Below are positions 1 to 13,233 of a stretch of DNA of 64,000 nucleotides, piece after piece. Positions within the stretch are counted from its first letter, which is position 1, and the number at the start of each line of letters is the position of its first letter. The translations under genes were made by a program, and so were the position numbers. This stretch comes from Lytechinus pictus (lineage: Eukaryota): NCBI RefSeq assembly GCF_037042905.1, contig NC_087258.1, positions 23,064,001 to 23,128,000 of the forward strand, in the 5' to 3' direction. A model generated the notes under the pieces. It did no database searches and was not told where the DNA came from. It worked only from the letters and a program-made list of their open reading frames with translations.

Positions 1-1072
1 ATACTATTTTAATTCCAAAATGCTTTGTAAAAGAGGCATGATAGGCAACGCGCTATCAACCTCAGCATATCTTTAAAAATTAGCTCATTTATACCCATAG
101 AAGGGATAGTTCGGATAATCTGAATAGTTTGAAAGGAACTCGTACTCTCATTTTTCAGAGCTGAAATTATGTTCGAATCATAATTTTCAGTTCGTGATAT
201 TACAGATAAAGTGCTATCATTGTGCGATCTAACTGGATAAAAAAAGGATGTGAGAGAGTAGGGAACAAAGCGAGAGAGAGACAGGTAGAACAAATACAAT
301 CTTCCTTCATCCGTTTGCTGTCAGCTTGTAACAGATACTCTGTTATTTTTATATAGAATTCATATGAAACGTATTTCTTTCCTGTCCTCAATGAATTGAT
401 TATGTAATTTAACCTTCAAATGCAATGACCTGGATGGATGGATTACGTCATACTGAAGAAGAAGAAGAAGAAAGGCGCGAAGAGAGGTAAAAACAAGGGG
501 AGAGAGAGAGAGAAAGAGAGAGAAAAAATCGGGATGACTACGGCGAAGACGATTGTGATAAAACAAGGATGAAAACGAAAATCGAAGAAGAAAGAAAGCA
601 TAAGAGGAGAGTAACCAAGGAACAAAATGACTAAATTTAGCAGAACTCCAAGGTTAACATGCCTGTCTCATATCCTTTTAATCTAATTCCATGTGCATTT
701 TTACTCCCGATCTATGTTCCACCCAGCATTTTCCGCCTTCAGAAAACCAAAATGCCAAGTTATCCACCGGCATACAATCGCAATCCTGACAAGCGTGACT
801 TTCATCAGGGATACTGGCCGCTATAAGTTTCTCTTCATATCGCTTTCTTCCTCAACTCGTATTTTCCTTGTCAGCTGTCCTGGCAGCCATTTTAATTTCA
901 TTATCTTTCCCGAATGTCGCGCATATCAAATCATGTCTCTTGAATTTCATCGATAATTCATAAAGCGCCATCCCACTTTTCCGAATCCCATGACTCTATA
1001 CCTATCTAAATGCCCAGCTTTGTTCTTTCATATATAATTATCATTTTACAATTTACATGATTCGCGTCTACG

Positions 1073-1368
1073 CAAGGGCGGAAATCTCTCCCTAAAGGTA
1101 GGGAGACCCGAAAATTTTACAAGCAAAAAAGGGGGGTAATCATCCCAAATGTAAGGTAAGGTCATTTCAACTAAAATAAATTCAACAAGCAAAAAAAAAG
1201 GTGATTACCCAAAACGGTAAGGTCATCTCGTCAAAAAATACATGTTTTATTTCGATTTTTAATGACGTATATTTCTTTCCATCATAAAGGAACAAAAAAT
1301 AGTAAGGGGACATATTGTGTCCCCCTATTTAGGTAGGGGGACGCGTTCCCCTTGGATTTCCGCCCATG
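1073..1368. mobile_element. Short hAT-like MITE
   Basis: Termini CAAGGGCGGAAATC ... GATTTCCGCCCATG are imperfect inverted repeats; degenerate 8-bp flanks CGTCTACG / AGTATACG. Confidence 0.5.
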
Positions 1369-1716
1369 AGTATACGTCAGCCGAGCATGTCAAACACTCT
1401 AACAATAAAGCGCACAAGCTTAACGGGTCGAACAACAAAAAGGAATGACATGTCCTCAAACGCAGAATAAGCTATTTAAATTTTTTTAGGACTCGATAAT
1501 TTGGCTATTCTCTTGCCATTTACGATGTCAATAAAATTCATTTAAAATGGCACAATCTATCACGCAAAACATATTTATATGTCATTTTATCCACATCATA
1601 TATTTTTGAGAGTTTTCACTCTAAACAGGGAACGCGGAATAATTTTGGAGGGGGGGGGGGGCTGACCATGCAAAAACACAACTAGATGGTCATTTTTAAT
1701 TTTCTTTTATACACGG

Positions 1717-2130
1717 TTAACCCTAATAGGACTGGGGGGCATGATAACCCCTCCCCCTCCGCGAATCGCGCGATCATTCCGGAACGCACAAAGCCAGCGG
1801 CCGCGAAATTTTATGGCATTTTCCTTTGAAATCTCGCACAACTTTTGAGATCATTTTCGCGAAATCCCGGTATAGCATCGCGACACCACGTGACTTTTAA
1901 TTTTTATACATTGTGTACAAAGTCCATGGGATATGATATGGTGATTAATTTTCATTCTAATTGGTCTGTTTAACTGATTTACGGCTGAATGTAGTTATTA
2001 AATGGTCAGTAAGAATTTATCTTGAAAAAGATTGAAACAAATGATGAAAAACAAGGAAAGACATGACAGATTCTTGAAAAAACAAAGAAATACATTAGGC
2101 TTTATGATTTAAGATTCAAAATTACTGATT
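1717..2130. mobile_element. Partial piggyBac-like MITE (same family as 7636-8359)
   Basis: Begins TTAA-CCCTAATAGGACTGGGGGGC, matching the reverse complement of the right end of the 7636-8359 element; other end not found, right boundary approximate. Confidence 0.55.
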
Positions 2131-2833
2131 ACAAACCCATCTTTTCACAATACCGTTGGGGAATGAAATCCTATATCCTTGACTGACAGATGCGTCCCTT
2201 TAAGTGATTGCATTATGGAGGATCTCTTCAAGCAGAAGAGGATATTGGCAGACAATAAAGTAAGGCTGAATTGACCTAACTTCATCCTATCTCTACTCAA
2301 GCGAGTATTATTACCAGTCCATGCATATATCACGCTTCAATCATCACACACGCAGAAAGCATAATTACATGAATTTGGAAACACAATTTACGACGACAAG
2401 CGAAGCAGTATTACCATGGGGGTACAGAAACGCGTTGATTTTTACGGAGGCCTTTCTTGGAAGAAATCGTTGACTTAAAACCATTTGAGTGTATATTTGT
2501 TTGATCAAGAATGTACATTGTTTGCTTATTACATTTCCTGATGCAAATATGTAAGACAAAAACATATTTACATTGGAAATTGGTAAAAATGTGACTATCA
2601 AATGATTCAGAATTATAATTTTTCTACATTAAGCTGTAGGCCTAATTGGCGCGGGGGTCCAGAATCGAAAGTATGGGGTAGGGTACAAAGGGGGGGGGGG
2701 CACTTTACCTTCCAAAACTCTGTGACAAGTAAAAATATACTCCTCCAAACAGCCCCTCCCATTGATATTGGAGGAAAAAAAATCGATTACATAATACTCT
2801 CTAAATTCCTAAGAGCTAATCTGTTCCCAAACA

Positions 2834-3041
2834 CACTCCTCTCAGAGTGAGACAAGGGACCAATCATTTTGGAGTGGTATTTACATCTTTTGAGAGTGCA
2901 TTATAACTCCTCCTGGAGTGAAAAGTGCATATATTTTTTTACACATTTTCGCTCCTGCAGAAGGAGCTATTATCCACTCTCAAAAGAATAAATCCCACTC
3001 CAAAAATGACTGGTCCCTTGTCTCACTCTGAGGGTAGAGTG
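2834..3041. mobile_element. Palindromic MITE with CACTC termini
   Basis: CTCAGAGTGAGACAAGGGACCA..TTTTGGAGTGG near the left end is inverted at the right end (CCACTCCAAAAATGACTGGTCCCTTGTCTCACTCTGAG). Confidence 0.7.
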
Positions 3042-3053
3042 ATTAGGGTCCAG

Positions 3054-3314
3054 GGGCCCGTCTTACAAAGAGTTGCGATTGATCCGATCAATGGAAAGCC
3101 AGCAAAGTATACATATAAAATGCATGTTTGTTCAAAAACTGTTTCTAGATATGAATGTATATCCATAAATTCATTGATTTCTTGACAATTTTGTGTGTTA
3201 TCCTTTGATTACAAAGGACAGTTTGAAAATTTCCTGTAGAAAAAAATATGACACTGATGGATTTTCAGAGTTACGATTGATTGGATCAATCGTAACTCTT
3301 TGTAAGATGGGGCC
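3054..3314. mobile_element. Harbinger-like MITE
   Basis: TIR GGGCCCGTCTTACAAAGAGTTGCGATTGATCC / GGATCAATCGTAACTCTTTGTAAGATGGGGCC with CAG on both flanks (3-bp TSD). Confidence 0.7.
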
Positions 3315-3495
3315 CAGATTGGATCTTTAGTATTTAGAGTGTAGTTTCCTCGTGTTTTTACTCCCCCCCCCTCCCCCCAAAAAAATCTCATTGTTTTCTT
3401 CATGGAGGAGGGGCATAGATTGACCTCTGACCTCTGGCTGCCGTGTCAAGTTGAGATTGATCTTCCATGTCGATTTACTAACTTAAAAATGAATA

Positions 3496-3943
3496 GACCA
3501 GTTCGTAGTTACATCAGGGACAATTTTGGTCAAATGACCTTTCATTTATTTAATTATGATAGGCAGATTTCAAAGCAGGATATAACATATGCATGCCTTA
3601 CATAGCAGGATGAATAAATTGAATTATACCAGGTGACTAGAATAGCACACCATTGAAGACTCCATGAAGGTATTTGTTGCATTTCTACTTTGAATGCATA
3701 TTATAGCATGTTGTACAATGTACTTGGCAAACTGCAGTGAAATACCAGTCGTGGACGCATTTTTGTTCTTTGTGGATGCAAATGAAAAACATATTTGAAA
3801 AGAATATATGAATAACCAAGACACCAAAGTTTGTGCTTATCTCATTAAATTTTAAACCACCAATGCCACTCTAGTACAAATGACCTTTCTCTGATCATGC
3901 GCAGAATCTTCTGATCATGCGCAGAATGGAACTACGAACTGGC
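3496..3943. mobile_element. TIR MITE
   Basis: CCAGTTCGTAGTT at the left end and AACTACGAACTGG at the right end; subterminal tandem duplication TCTGATCATGCGCAGAAT x2. Confidence 0.55.
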
Positions 3944-4641
3944 TTATTACTCGTGAGAAGTCATTACACTTATTAAAAAAAAAGTTATTACCATTCACTC
4001 ACTTTAAAATATGAAAATATACATACAAATACTGTTAACGCTTTTGTACTTAGATCTCATTTTCATTATCATTTCTTTTCTTCTTCGATGTAATCTGGCA
4101 ATTTGAAATAAATAACGTTCTATAATTTCCAAGAAAACTGGCAACGTCTTGCATGAACCAAATCTATACCGTACTGAGAAAAGACAATTTGTGACTGCAA
4201 GGTGTCTAATGCACAAAAGTAAAGCAAAATCGCAGAGTAATTCAACAAATTGATTCGATTTTCGAGTGCTTTCGCTTTAAATTGAGAAAACTCGTCTTCC
4301 TCGTGCTACAGCTAACCGAGGAGCTTCCATCTCCTTGAGCTAACGAAGCTTGCTCATCTGGTCGGAAGATATTGTCTAAAATGCAATATTGCCGTCGGCA
4401 ACACATGCAGCTACTTTCAATCTCGCTTCAGCTATCTTTCTTTCTCTCTCTCTCTCTCTCTCTTTCTTTCCCTACCTCTCTCCGCTCTGTCTCCTCCTTT
4501 CTCTTTCTTTCCCGATCTCTCCGTCACTTTCTCACATTCTGTATCTTGCTATCTCCTCTCTACTTCAATATTTGTTCTTTATTTGATTTTATTTCCACAC
4601 TTCAATATCAATAAGTATGATCATTTTCAACATTACATAAT

Positions 4642-6306
4642 AACTAGATTTTAATTCGTCATGCGGACGAATTAGGTGGTCTGTCCTTATTCTCGCCATC
4701 ATGATCACTATTTCCATGTTCAAGCAGATCAATATGATCTTCATGATGACAACGGAATGTTCATTATGGATGGAATACTTGCGAAAGTCGGGAGATGATA
4801 AAGAACTGTGAAAAGGGTCTCTTTGATATATGAAAATACATGTGATATGAAAATAGTAATTATAATCTGTTTAATCTTGCTAATTTTTAACTTTCATACC
4901 TTTTGAATACCATAAAAGATCGTGTACGAGGTGGTAAAAAGAAAAAAAAAATGAAAAAAAAATCACCTTGTTCACCCCCAGGACTCGAGCCTGCGCCCCC
5001 GAGATCTCAAGTCAAGTGCGTTATCCATTGAGCCACGATATTCCCCATAGAGATTACACGTTCCCATAGAGATTACACGTAAGCAAATTTGAGAATTGCA
5101 AATCCAACTTTGCAAGCGAAAAACGGGCATGATCCCGGTATCTGATCAAAAAATGGAGGGCACACTTCCGAAAGCTGAGAATCTTAGCTACACCATATTC
5201 AAAGCTCAGAGACAACTGACAAAAGAAAATGGAGATATAGCTCACGAAATAGAGGAATGTAGAATCTAGTTTTGAGAAAAAGTCATGTCCCATAGAGATT
5301 ACACGCAAAATGAGTAAAAATGACATGCCTTTATTATTTGCAATTTTTCAAGATGATCCGTTCATTAAAATGAAAAATAAAGGCAATAATTCAGAAAGAG
5401 TAAGACCTAAGCTACAACATATCGAAAATTGGGCGAAAATTGACTAATATTCACGGAGTTAGAGCCTAATTTGCATAATGGTTATGACGTCATAACAAGC
5501 AAAATGGATATTTTGATTTCCAACGCAGTTTTGATGACGTCATGATCAAATTGAGAGACAATGGTGACATGAAATCAAATCTACAACTCATATTCTATCG
5601 ACATTTGAAAAAAAAATTGGGGGTCAACGGACTATTTAAAGAGCTACAGTGAATTTCCAATAGGCATGTTTTCGCCCATATATGGCCTGTAGTGAGAGCT
5701 CGCGCGCACACGTGCTGCAAACTTTAACGGGTGTTAATTTCGTTATCAATGGTCATAGAAGGTTGATCAAGGTATCAAATTGCTCAGAATTATATCATCA
5801 ATGCAATGATGTAAAAAAAACTGTGTTTCTGCGTTGCGTTATGGCGTTGCGCGCGGAAACGCGCGCAATTTTTTTGAAATGCTTAAAATGACTTGAAACG
5901 TACCCAAAAAAATTTATAAGCCATTTGGAGAATTTTTTTGGCTTTGACGCGCGTGTACGCGCGCGTCTTGACCTTTACATGACCTTTGATGACATTGACA
6001 GATGACCTTTGATTTAAAGTTTATGTGATGTAAATATGGTTGATTATTGATGATCCGTTATGTTGATATGATCAAATTGAGAATTTTACAAAATGGCGCG
6101 TAGATGACGTCATCATGACCAGATGACCTTGAAAAGCTTAGTATGCCGTCTCTATGATAGACTCTATATATGACAGAAAAATCAGCCAAAATGATTCAGC
6201 CAATTCGGAGAAAAGTTGGCGACAAACATAGGTGCTAAAAATAAATAATAAAGAAAGAAAATTCTGACGAAATTAAGAGGTGATCTGTCATAGACAGACC
6301 ACCTAA
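4642..6306. mobile_element. DINE-1/Helentron-like non-autonomous element
   Basis: Left end AACTAGA-TTTTAATTCGTCA with adjacent inverted copy GACGAATTA; right end carries the matching subterminal inverted repeat TGACGAAATTAAGA followed by a stem-loop AGGTGATCTGTC-ATA-GACAGACCACCT; internal short repeats CCCATAGAGATTACACG x3. Confidence 0.65.
4971..5038 (-). pseudogene. Degenerate tRNA-derived segment inside the DINE-like element
   Basis: Minus strand reads GTGGCTCAATGGATAACGCACTTGACTTGAGATCTCGGGGGCGCAGGCTCGAGTCCTG: A-box-like and degenerate B-box, with no proper acceptor stem. Confidence 0.5.
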
Positions 6307-7019
6307 TAAACAGACATTCGCCAACATAATGATTAACACAATTATTAACATAATATACTACAAAACAAAGTAATACTACAAAACAAAATAATATCATTCT
6401 AAGTAAAATCAAGATTAAAAATTATACTTGGAAAATTTTATCTTTTTAATTGTTGAAAAAAGTATTTGAATTAAAATTATTGTATTTCCCCTCATCTATT
6501 TTGATCTCTTCCCTCTCTCTCTCTGTCTTAAGAATATTTCTTCTTCTCATCATCTATATTACTTTATCTGTCCCGAATTTCCCTTCCTGTCTTTATTTAT
6601 CTCTATGCAAAAAGAAAAGAATACTTGTTACATCCTCTTGATTATCTATGTATGTGTGTGCGCTTGTGTCTCTCTTTCTTTCCCTCTAATTCCGAAAATT
6701 TAGTGAACTTTACTTTACTTTTTCTTTATATCACACCTCACAATACATATTCCCAAGTCCAGATCCCATTTTCTATCCCTCTCTCTCTCTCTCTCCTGTC
6801 TCTCTATAACTCTCCCATTTCTTCTTTCTATTTCTCCTCTCCTCTCGGCCTTTTCTTGCCTTCTTCTTCCCCAACTCCCTTCCCCCTCATTCTTCCCGAT
6901 CCTCGACAATAATTGTCGCTTGCTTCATATCTTTCCTGCATATAATGGCGAATAGTACGTTTTCAGTGAAAGCAAGTGCTTTAAATATGCTGGAATCAAA
7001 TCGGGCGAAAAGAGTATAA

Positions 7020-7171
7020 TACCTCGGTCACATTTGCTCTACGGCGAGTCAAAAACAGCCGCTTTAACTTTTTTTGGTACCAGCTACATATAGGTGGTTT
7101 GAATGAAAATGAATAAAACGGCTGTTTTCGACTCGTCGTACGGCTGCAGTAGAGCAAATGTGACCGAGGTA
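7020..7171. mobile_element. Small palindromic MITE
   Basis: TACCTCGGTCACATTTGCTCTAC ... GTAGAGCAAATGTGACCGAGGTA perfect 23-bp TIR, plus internal inverted CGAGTCAAAAACAGCCG / CGGCTGTTTTCGACTCG. Confidence 0.75.
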
Positions 7172-7635
7172 AAACTACATTATACCTTTTCCATCATAAA
7201 TCAAACACGAACAAGACTACAACCGTCGTCAGGTTTACAAATTACCCTATAGGCCTACTCTCATATTCCGATTAGGAGATATTACTGTGACACGGATTTT
7301 CTAGCAAAGTTTCATAATGTAATTAGAATACTGTTTGTTTTGAAGGGAAATCCCCTCTTGCAAAGATTAAAAATTTCCATATTAAGTGTTAAGGACGAAT
7401 TAGAATCATTTTGTCTCTATTTCAGCCGATGCAATTATATTCAGCCCAGGGGTACGTTGTACAAAGCGGTGCAATCGGACGTAACTCCAGAAATCGATCG
7501 AAACTTCGATTTTCAACCAATCAGAATTGACTATTTTGGATTCGTGCATGCTTGATTTTGTGAATCCCATTCAATCGCAAGTCTGTTTTTGCAACGGCAC
7601 TCAGAACCTGATACGCGTTTTGGACCCGGATTTAA

Positions 7636-8359
7636 CCCTAAAGGACTGAGCTATTTGAGATGTATTGAGGACGGGGGGGGGGCATGATTCCCCCCGTCTG
7701 ATCTCGGCTGCCGTTCGCGCGATCGCGCCGAAATTTGGCACGCACATTCTTTACCCTTATAAACTACAAGCCAGTATTTAAAAAACTTAAAATGATTTTT
7801 TTATTTCTATTGTACAAAATATGCAAATTTATTCATGAAAAACAATATTTGCATATTTAACACCCAATTTCAAGTCAAATTTTCTCCCTTTTTTGCCAGT
7901 CATCTTTGTAATCTAATTTTAAGGTTTCCACAAAGAAAAATTACGAAAGCCAATTTTGTTCGTTATGTATTTCTTTGTTTTTAGAATTTTTTATGTATTT
8001 TTTTTTTACATCTTTTTTTTTAATGAAAATTATTACAGACTATTCAACAACTAAATTAACCCCTAAATTAATTAAGCAGACCAATTAGAATGAAAAATAA
8101 TCACCCTTTTATGAATTTCATCTCCCATAGACTTTGTACACAAAGTATAAAAATTAGCCATTTTCGGCATGACGTTGTCTCGTAAAAAGGCACGTGACGT
8201 CGCGATGCCATACCTGTATGTCGCAAATTTGGTCTCAAAAGCTGCGCGAGACTTAAAAAAAAAGTCATACAATTTCGCGGCGCTATGTTTTTGCGTTTTG
8301 AAAATATCGCGCGAAGCGTTGAGGGGGGGGGGGCATCATGGCCCCCAGTCCTTTTAGGG
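7636..8359. mobile_element. piggyBac-like MITE
   Basis: TTAA|CCCTAAAAGGACTG ... CAGTCCTTTTAGGG|TTAA: 14-bp TIR with TTAA TSD. Confidence 0.85.
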
Positions 8360-9797
8360 TTAAAGGATGAATTTGACAGCATGATGACGATGACAGGTAA
8401 AAAGTATGAAAAATCACAGATCATGATAGAAATATCATAGTGTGTATTACCGAGGAGAGGTAAGACATTTCTTTTTTTGTCAAAAGCATGATTTTTTGAT
8501 CTGCTTTTTTTGTAATCATGAAAACCAAGAAAACGCACGATTGAACAAATAATATGTATTGCCGATTCCACAGCAAATCGATTTTCCCGGCAATGGGGGT
8601 CATTTAAAAGCAAAACTCCATATCCAATAGTATTGAACAGAAGAAATATCATGTACACAATAAATTATATTTCGTTTGTGTGTGTGTCTTATATAATAAA
8701 TTCACTTCAATATTCGTGACCTGATTATGTTTGAATATTGTTTTTAAAACTAGGATTTCATATTTCCGTCAAGAGGCGGCTTTTTTACTTTGCTTTTTAT
8801 GAAATCGGGATAGAAACACTGAAAGAAATGCTTGATTGAGGATGTGTGTATAATGGTGTGCGAGAGAGAACGAAAATGAAATAGAGAGGGCTGGGATATT
8901 CAGGTGGGAGAGAAAGTGTGTTTGTGTGTGAGAGAGAGAGAGAGAAAGGGGGAGAGACAGACAGAGTAATGTAGACAGACAGAGTGGGATAAAGACAGAC
9001 AGACATGCGTGTAGACAGAGGTAACTTGTTTTCTCAAAAATTGACGATGCCCATACTCAAAGTGAAGATGATGGTTTCATTTTTTTAAATAATAAATTTG
9101 TGTTTAATATTTGTCTAAGTAGGAGAGATCCTTATTTTTTTCCCAACTAAACAGATTATGACCATGACATGACAAATTACATGCTTTTGAAGCCAATAAA
9201 TCCATTTCATTACTAGGTAGTATTGACGTTTTGTAAGCGATTTCTTAAGACAAATTTTACCAATTGAAACTAATATAAAAAAGTGCAGTTTCATTAAATA
9301 TGATCCCGAAATTCCACATACAGTATTAGCGTATTAGCGACACGAACTGCATCCTAGTAGTTTACTGCATGCGACGACCATTTTTAAAATGAGGCTTATT
9401 TTATGGGAATTCGTTATTTAAAACATTGCCTAATGAATTTTCATATCAATACCATCTAGTGTATAAGGCATAAAGAGTTTGAACATATTAGTAATTGTTT
9501 TTCATTATTCTGTTGAACCTTGTTAATTGTTAGAGGCGACACGAAATAGAGAACATAATGTTGACAATGTACGAGAACGTGGAATCTCTTTTTCTGTAAT
9601 ATATTTCTTAAATTCCTTTCAGTGAAATTGATAAATGAAAAGACCAGTTCAATTGATCTATAAATGTATGCATATTTTTACGAATTACTTATTTTACCGG
9701 TACATTGCTGTATTATCTATGAAGTTATTTGTCAGTTTATGTTTGTATTTCACGGCTGTTTGCAAGTGTTATCACTGGAAGAATCGATAAAACATTA

Positions 9798-10038
9798 TAC
9801 TGCAAAAACTGCGGTGTTCATATAACACCAGTCCGGAATCTATATATGACCACACCAGAGAGGTGTTAAAACAACATCGGTCTGATATCAAATCGATGAT
9901 GTTTTAACATTAATTGGTGTTGTATAAACGCCTATCTGGAATTAGTCCAAAACCAAACCGGTGTTGTTTTAATACTTCTCTGGTGTGGTCATATAGATTC
10001 CGGACTGGTGTTAAATTAACAGCGCAGTTTTTTCAGTG
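9798..10038. mobile_element. CACTG-terminus (EnSpm/CACTA-like) MITE
   Basis: Long imperfect palindrome (ACACCAGTCCGGAATCTATAT / ATATAGATTCCGGACTGGTGT), ends CAGTG, 2-bp TSD TA; same family as 13272-13514 and 60615-60852. Confidence 0.75.
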
Positions 10039-10203
10039 TACTTCAAAACAAACGTGTAAATAACGTTCGTCCACGAAGGTATACAGAGTTCTTACTCTCA
10101 TCACCACATGTCTTTTACCCCCCCCCCCCGTCCCTGCCCCCCCCAAATAGTCATTCCATAGGTTGTAACTCCAGACTTTACATGTACTACATACCCGTCA
10201 CAA

Positions 10204-10607
10204 GGTATATTGCCAATCCGTCTACGACCAACTCGTCCACTCACCACATGGTCTACTTCTATTTAGTCTAATGCCATTACGTCCAACTTCATTCTATCTA
10301 ACAACCATTTGGTCCAATAATTACCTTGCCTAATCATCACTTCGTCTAATCACCATTTCGTCTCATAACCAGTTGATCTAATATCCATTTCATTTTCATC
10401 CATTTCGCACAATTAACACTTAGTCCAATTAGACCGAACGGTATATGGACTAAATGGCTATTGGACCAACTGGTTATTAGACGAAATGGTGAGTGGAAGA
10501 ATTGGCAATTAGACAAGGTGGATAGTGGACGAACTGATGGTAGACCAAATGATAGTAGACGAGATGGAAATTGGACGGATTGGCATTAGACCAAATGAAA
10601 ATAAACC
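10204..10607. mobile_element. Foldback-type MITE with ~15-16-bp tandem subrepeats
   Basis: Left half is built of CCA(N)TTxGTCTAA repeats and the right half of their inverse TTAGACxAAxTGG; ends AAATAAACC. Partial copy at 58327-58515. Confidence 0.7.
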
Positions 10608-10641
10608 AAAAATAGTCATTCCACACACGGTAGATATGCAA

Positions 10642-10880
10642 CACTGTAAAAACTGTGGTGTTAAAACTGACACCAGTTGGTGTTAATAGAGGACCACACC
10701 CCGAGGTGTTAAAATTACACCCTAGAGATTAAAAATAACACCAAAGCGTGTAAATGTAACAACCAAAGGTGTTGTAATGACACCTATAGGTGTAAAACTA
10801 ACACCACCAATTCAACACCGGTGTAAAATAACTGGTGTGGTCCTCTATGTACACCGGTTAACACCGCAGTTTTTGCTGTG
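10642..10880. mobile_element. CACTG-terminus MITE
   Basis: CACTGTAAAAACTGTGGTGTTAA ... TTAACACCGCAGTTTTTGCTGTG with AA 2-bp TSD. Confidence 0.7.
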
Positions 10881-11880
10881 AAGGAATTCCGGCAAGCAGT
10901 TCTAAGTATTATGTCAGGCCATCACATCCCACACACCACAAAAACCGTCAATATTTTTCTTTTCATAAGTACTTTTCTAAAATGAAGGCCAGATTCTACT
11001 CAAAAAGGCTCTCAGTAAACAGAATGGAACGTATTATATGGAGGAGTTCAACCAAATCGAATGCATACATGTTTATTGTATAAATTTCCATCGTCCTTTT
11101 GCTGTATTTCCTTTAAAATGCAATGCAGTCCGTTGATATGTGAAAAAGATGCTCGAATCTAGCAGAGAGTGTGACATTTGGCATACTGTGATATTTCGGG
11201 GCACTGATTTCAATAATTAATACAAAAATAATGGTGGTCGATTTGAATTCATGCCATTCATTCCTACTGGAACGGATTCTATGTGCAAAACGTATATTAC
11301 AAGTCAATATAACAATTCATGTGCGAAAGATGGAATTTTAATACATGTGTAGCAATTCTACGCTGTAAAACACTGTTTAAGCACGTTATTTAAGCCCGCC
11401 ACTCTAACAGCAACTGTTTAAACTATTTAAACTGTTCAAACCTTTTAAACAAGTTGTTTAACAGTTTTAAACAATTACAAACAAGTTTAAACAACTTGTT
11501 GTTAGAGTGACAGGCTTAAACAACGTGCTATTTTTTTTAATGTGTATAAATTGAGTTGTCTAAGACAATGGCGTTTACAGGTATTTTCGCTATATAAGAA
11601 TGTACCCTTTTTAGAGAATATTATGCATTTAACAGAGTGTTATACAATGCAAACCCTCGGCCGTACGCAGATTTTTTCCCCAGGGAGACGCCAAAAATTT
11701 AAGAAGCTCGAAAGTGAAGGAGCGAAGCGGTCGAGCCTGTCATGGTGGCACTTTTGCCTATTCTTACTAAAGTGAAATTAAAGGATTGACTCTTTACACC
11801 GTCAATTTGGTGGAGTTGTTATTCTTCGTAAATTATTTAACAAAGCTTACATGGCAAAAACAACAATAACAGAGTGTAGA

Positions 11881-13233
11881 TTTGTTAACAAGTTATGATT
11901 TCCTCCTATAAAAGCCTCTTAATTTACTATCTATTGTCCACGGCGGACGGCATTTGAATATTAATGAGTCAGAAAGAAGAGGATCGAGGGTATTTGAATT
12001 CCAGTTCATCGTGGCTTAGCTGTGAACCAGAATAGCCTGGTGGTTGAGTCGCTGCCCGGAAAGCAGTAGATGGCAGGTTCGAATCCCACTGGTTCCAATT
12101 TTTTCTGACTTATGATCTTATGATTTTCATTACAGATCGAGCATACTGATCTTATGATTTTCATTACGGATCGAGCATACTGATCTTAAACAAATAGGAG
12201 TGGTGCCGAAAAATTTGTTAACAAGTTATGATTTCCTCCTATAAAAAGCCTCTTAATTTACTATCTATTGTCCACGGCGGACGGCATTTGAATATCAATG
12301 AGTCAGAAAGAAGAGGATCGAGGGTATTTGAATTCCAGTTCATCGTAGCTTAGCCGTGAACCAGAATAGCCTGGTGGTTGAGTCGCTGCCCGGAAAGCAG
12401 TAGATGGCAGGTTCGAATCCCACTGGTTCCAATTTTTTCTGACTTATGATCTTATGATTTTCATTACAGATCGAGCATACTGATCTTATGATTTTCATTA
12501 CGGATCGAGCATACTGATCTTAAACAAATAGGAGTGGTGCCGAAATTTTTTTTAACAAGTTATGATTTCCTCCTATAAAAGCCTCTTAATTTACTATCTA
12601 TTGTCCACGGCGGACGGCATTTGAATATTAATGCGTCAGAAAGAAGAGGATCGAGGGTATTTGAATTCCAGTTCATCGTGGCTTAGCCGTGAACCAGAAT
12701 AGCCTGGTGGTTGAGTCGCTGCCCGGAAAGCAGTAGATGGCAGGTTCGAATCCCACTGGTTCCAATTTTTTCTGACTTATGATCTTATGATTTTCATTAC
12801 AGATCGAGCATACTGATCTTATGATTTTCATTACGGATCGAGCACACTGATCTTAAACAAATAGGAGTGGTGCCGAAAAATTTGTTAACAAGTTATGATT
12901 TCCTCCTATAAAAGCCTCTTAATTTACTATCTATTGTCCACGGCGGACGGCATTTGAATATTAATGCGTCAGAAAGAAGAGGATCGAGGGTATTTGAATT
13001 CCAGTTCATCGTGGCTTAGCCGTGAACCAGAATAGCCTGGTGGTTGAGTCCCTGCCCGAAAAGCAGTAGATGGCAGGTTCGAATCCCACTGGTTCCAATT
13101 TTTTCTGACTTATGATCTTATGATTTCCATTACAGATCGAGCATACTGATCTTATGATTTTCATTACGGATCGAGCATACTGATCTTAAACAAATAGGAG
13201 TGGTGCCGAAAAAAATTTGTTAACAAGTTAACA
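11881..13233 (+). repeat. Tandem array of 4 x ~333-bp units, each with a tRNA-like Pol III cassette, flanked by an 11-bp TSD
   Basis: Units start at ~11881, 12214, 12548 and 12881, with a stub at 13216; near-identical. AGAGTGTAGAT is present at 11871-11881 and 13234-13244. Each unit has a ~34-bp internal duplication TGATCTTATGATTTTCATTACRGATCGAGCATAC. Confidence 0.95.
12024..12104 (+). ncRNA. tRNA-like cassette of array unit 1 (repeated in all four units)
   Basis: A-box TAGCCTGGTGG (12033-12043); B-box GGTTCGAATCC (12076-12086); anticodon-like arm GCTGC-CCGGAAA-GCAGT; closing helix GAACCAG/CTGGTTC, followed by CA and T6 (12099-12104). The D/T arms are non-canonical, so this is not a bona fide tRNA. 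Confidence 0.6.

Noticed and set aside
12024-13100. Cluster of four genuine tRNA genes (anticodon GGA)
   Set aside because: Extra bases between the acceptor and D arms, mismatched T stem and C at position 33; better described as tRNA-derived.
11881-13233. Hammerhead, twister, pistol or HDV ribozyme in the tandem unit
   Set aside because: By eye, no CUGANGA core on either strand and no convincing twister, pistol or HDV consensus; only a CGAAA plus palindrome half-motif.
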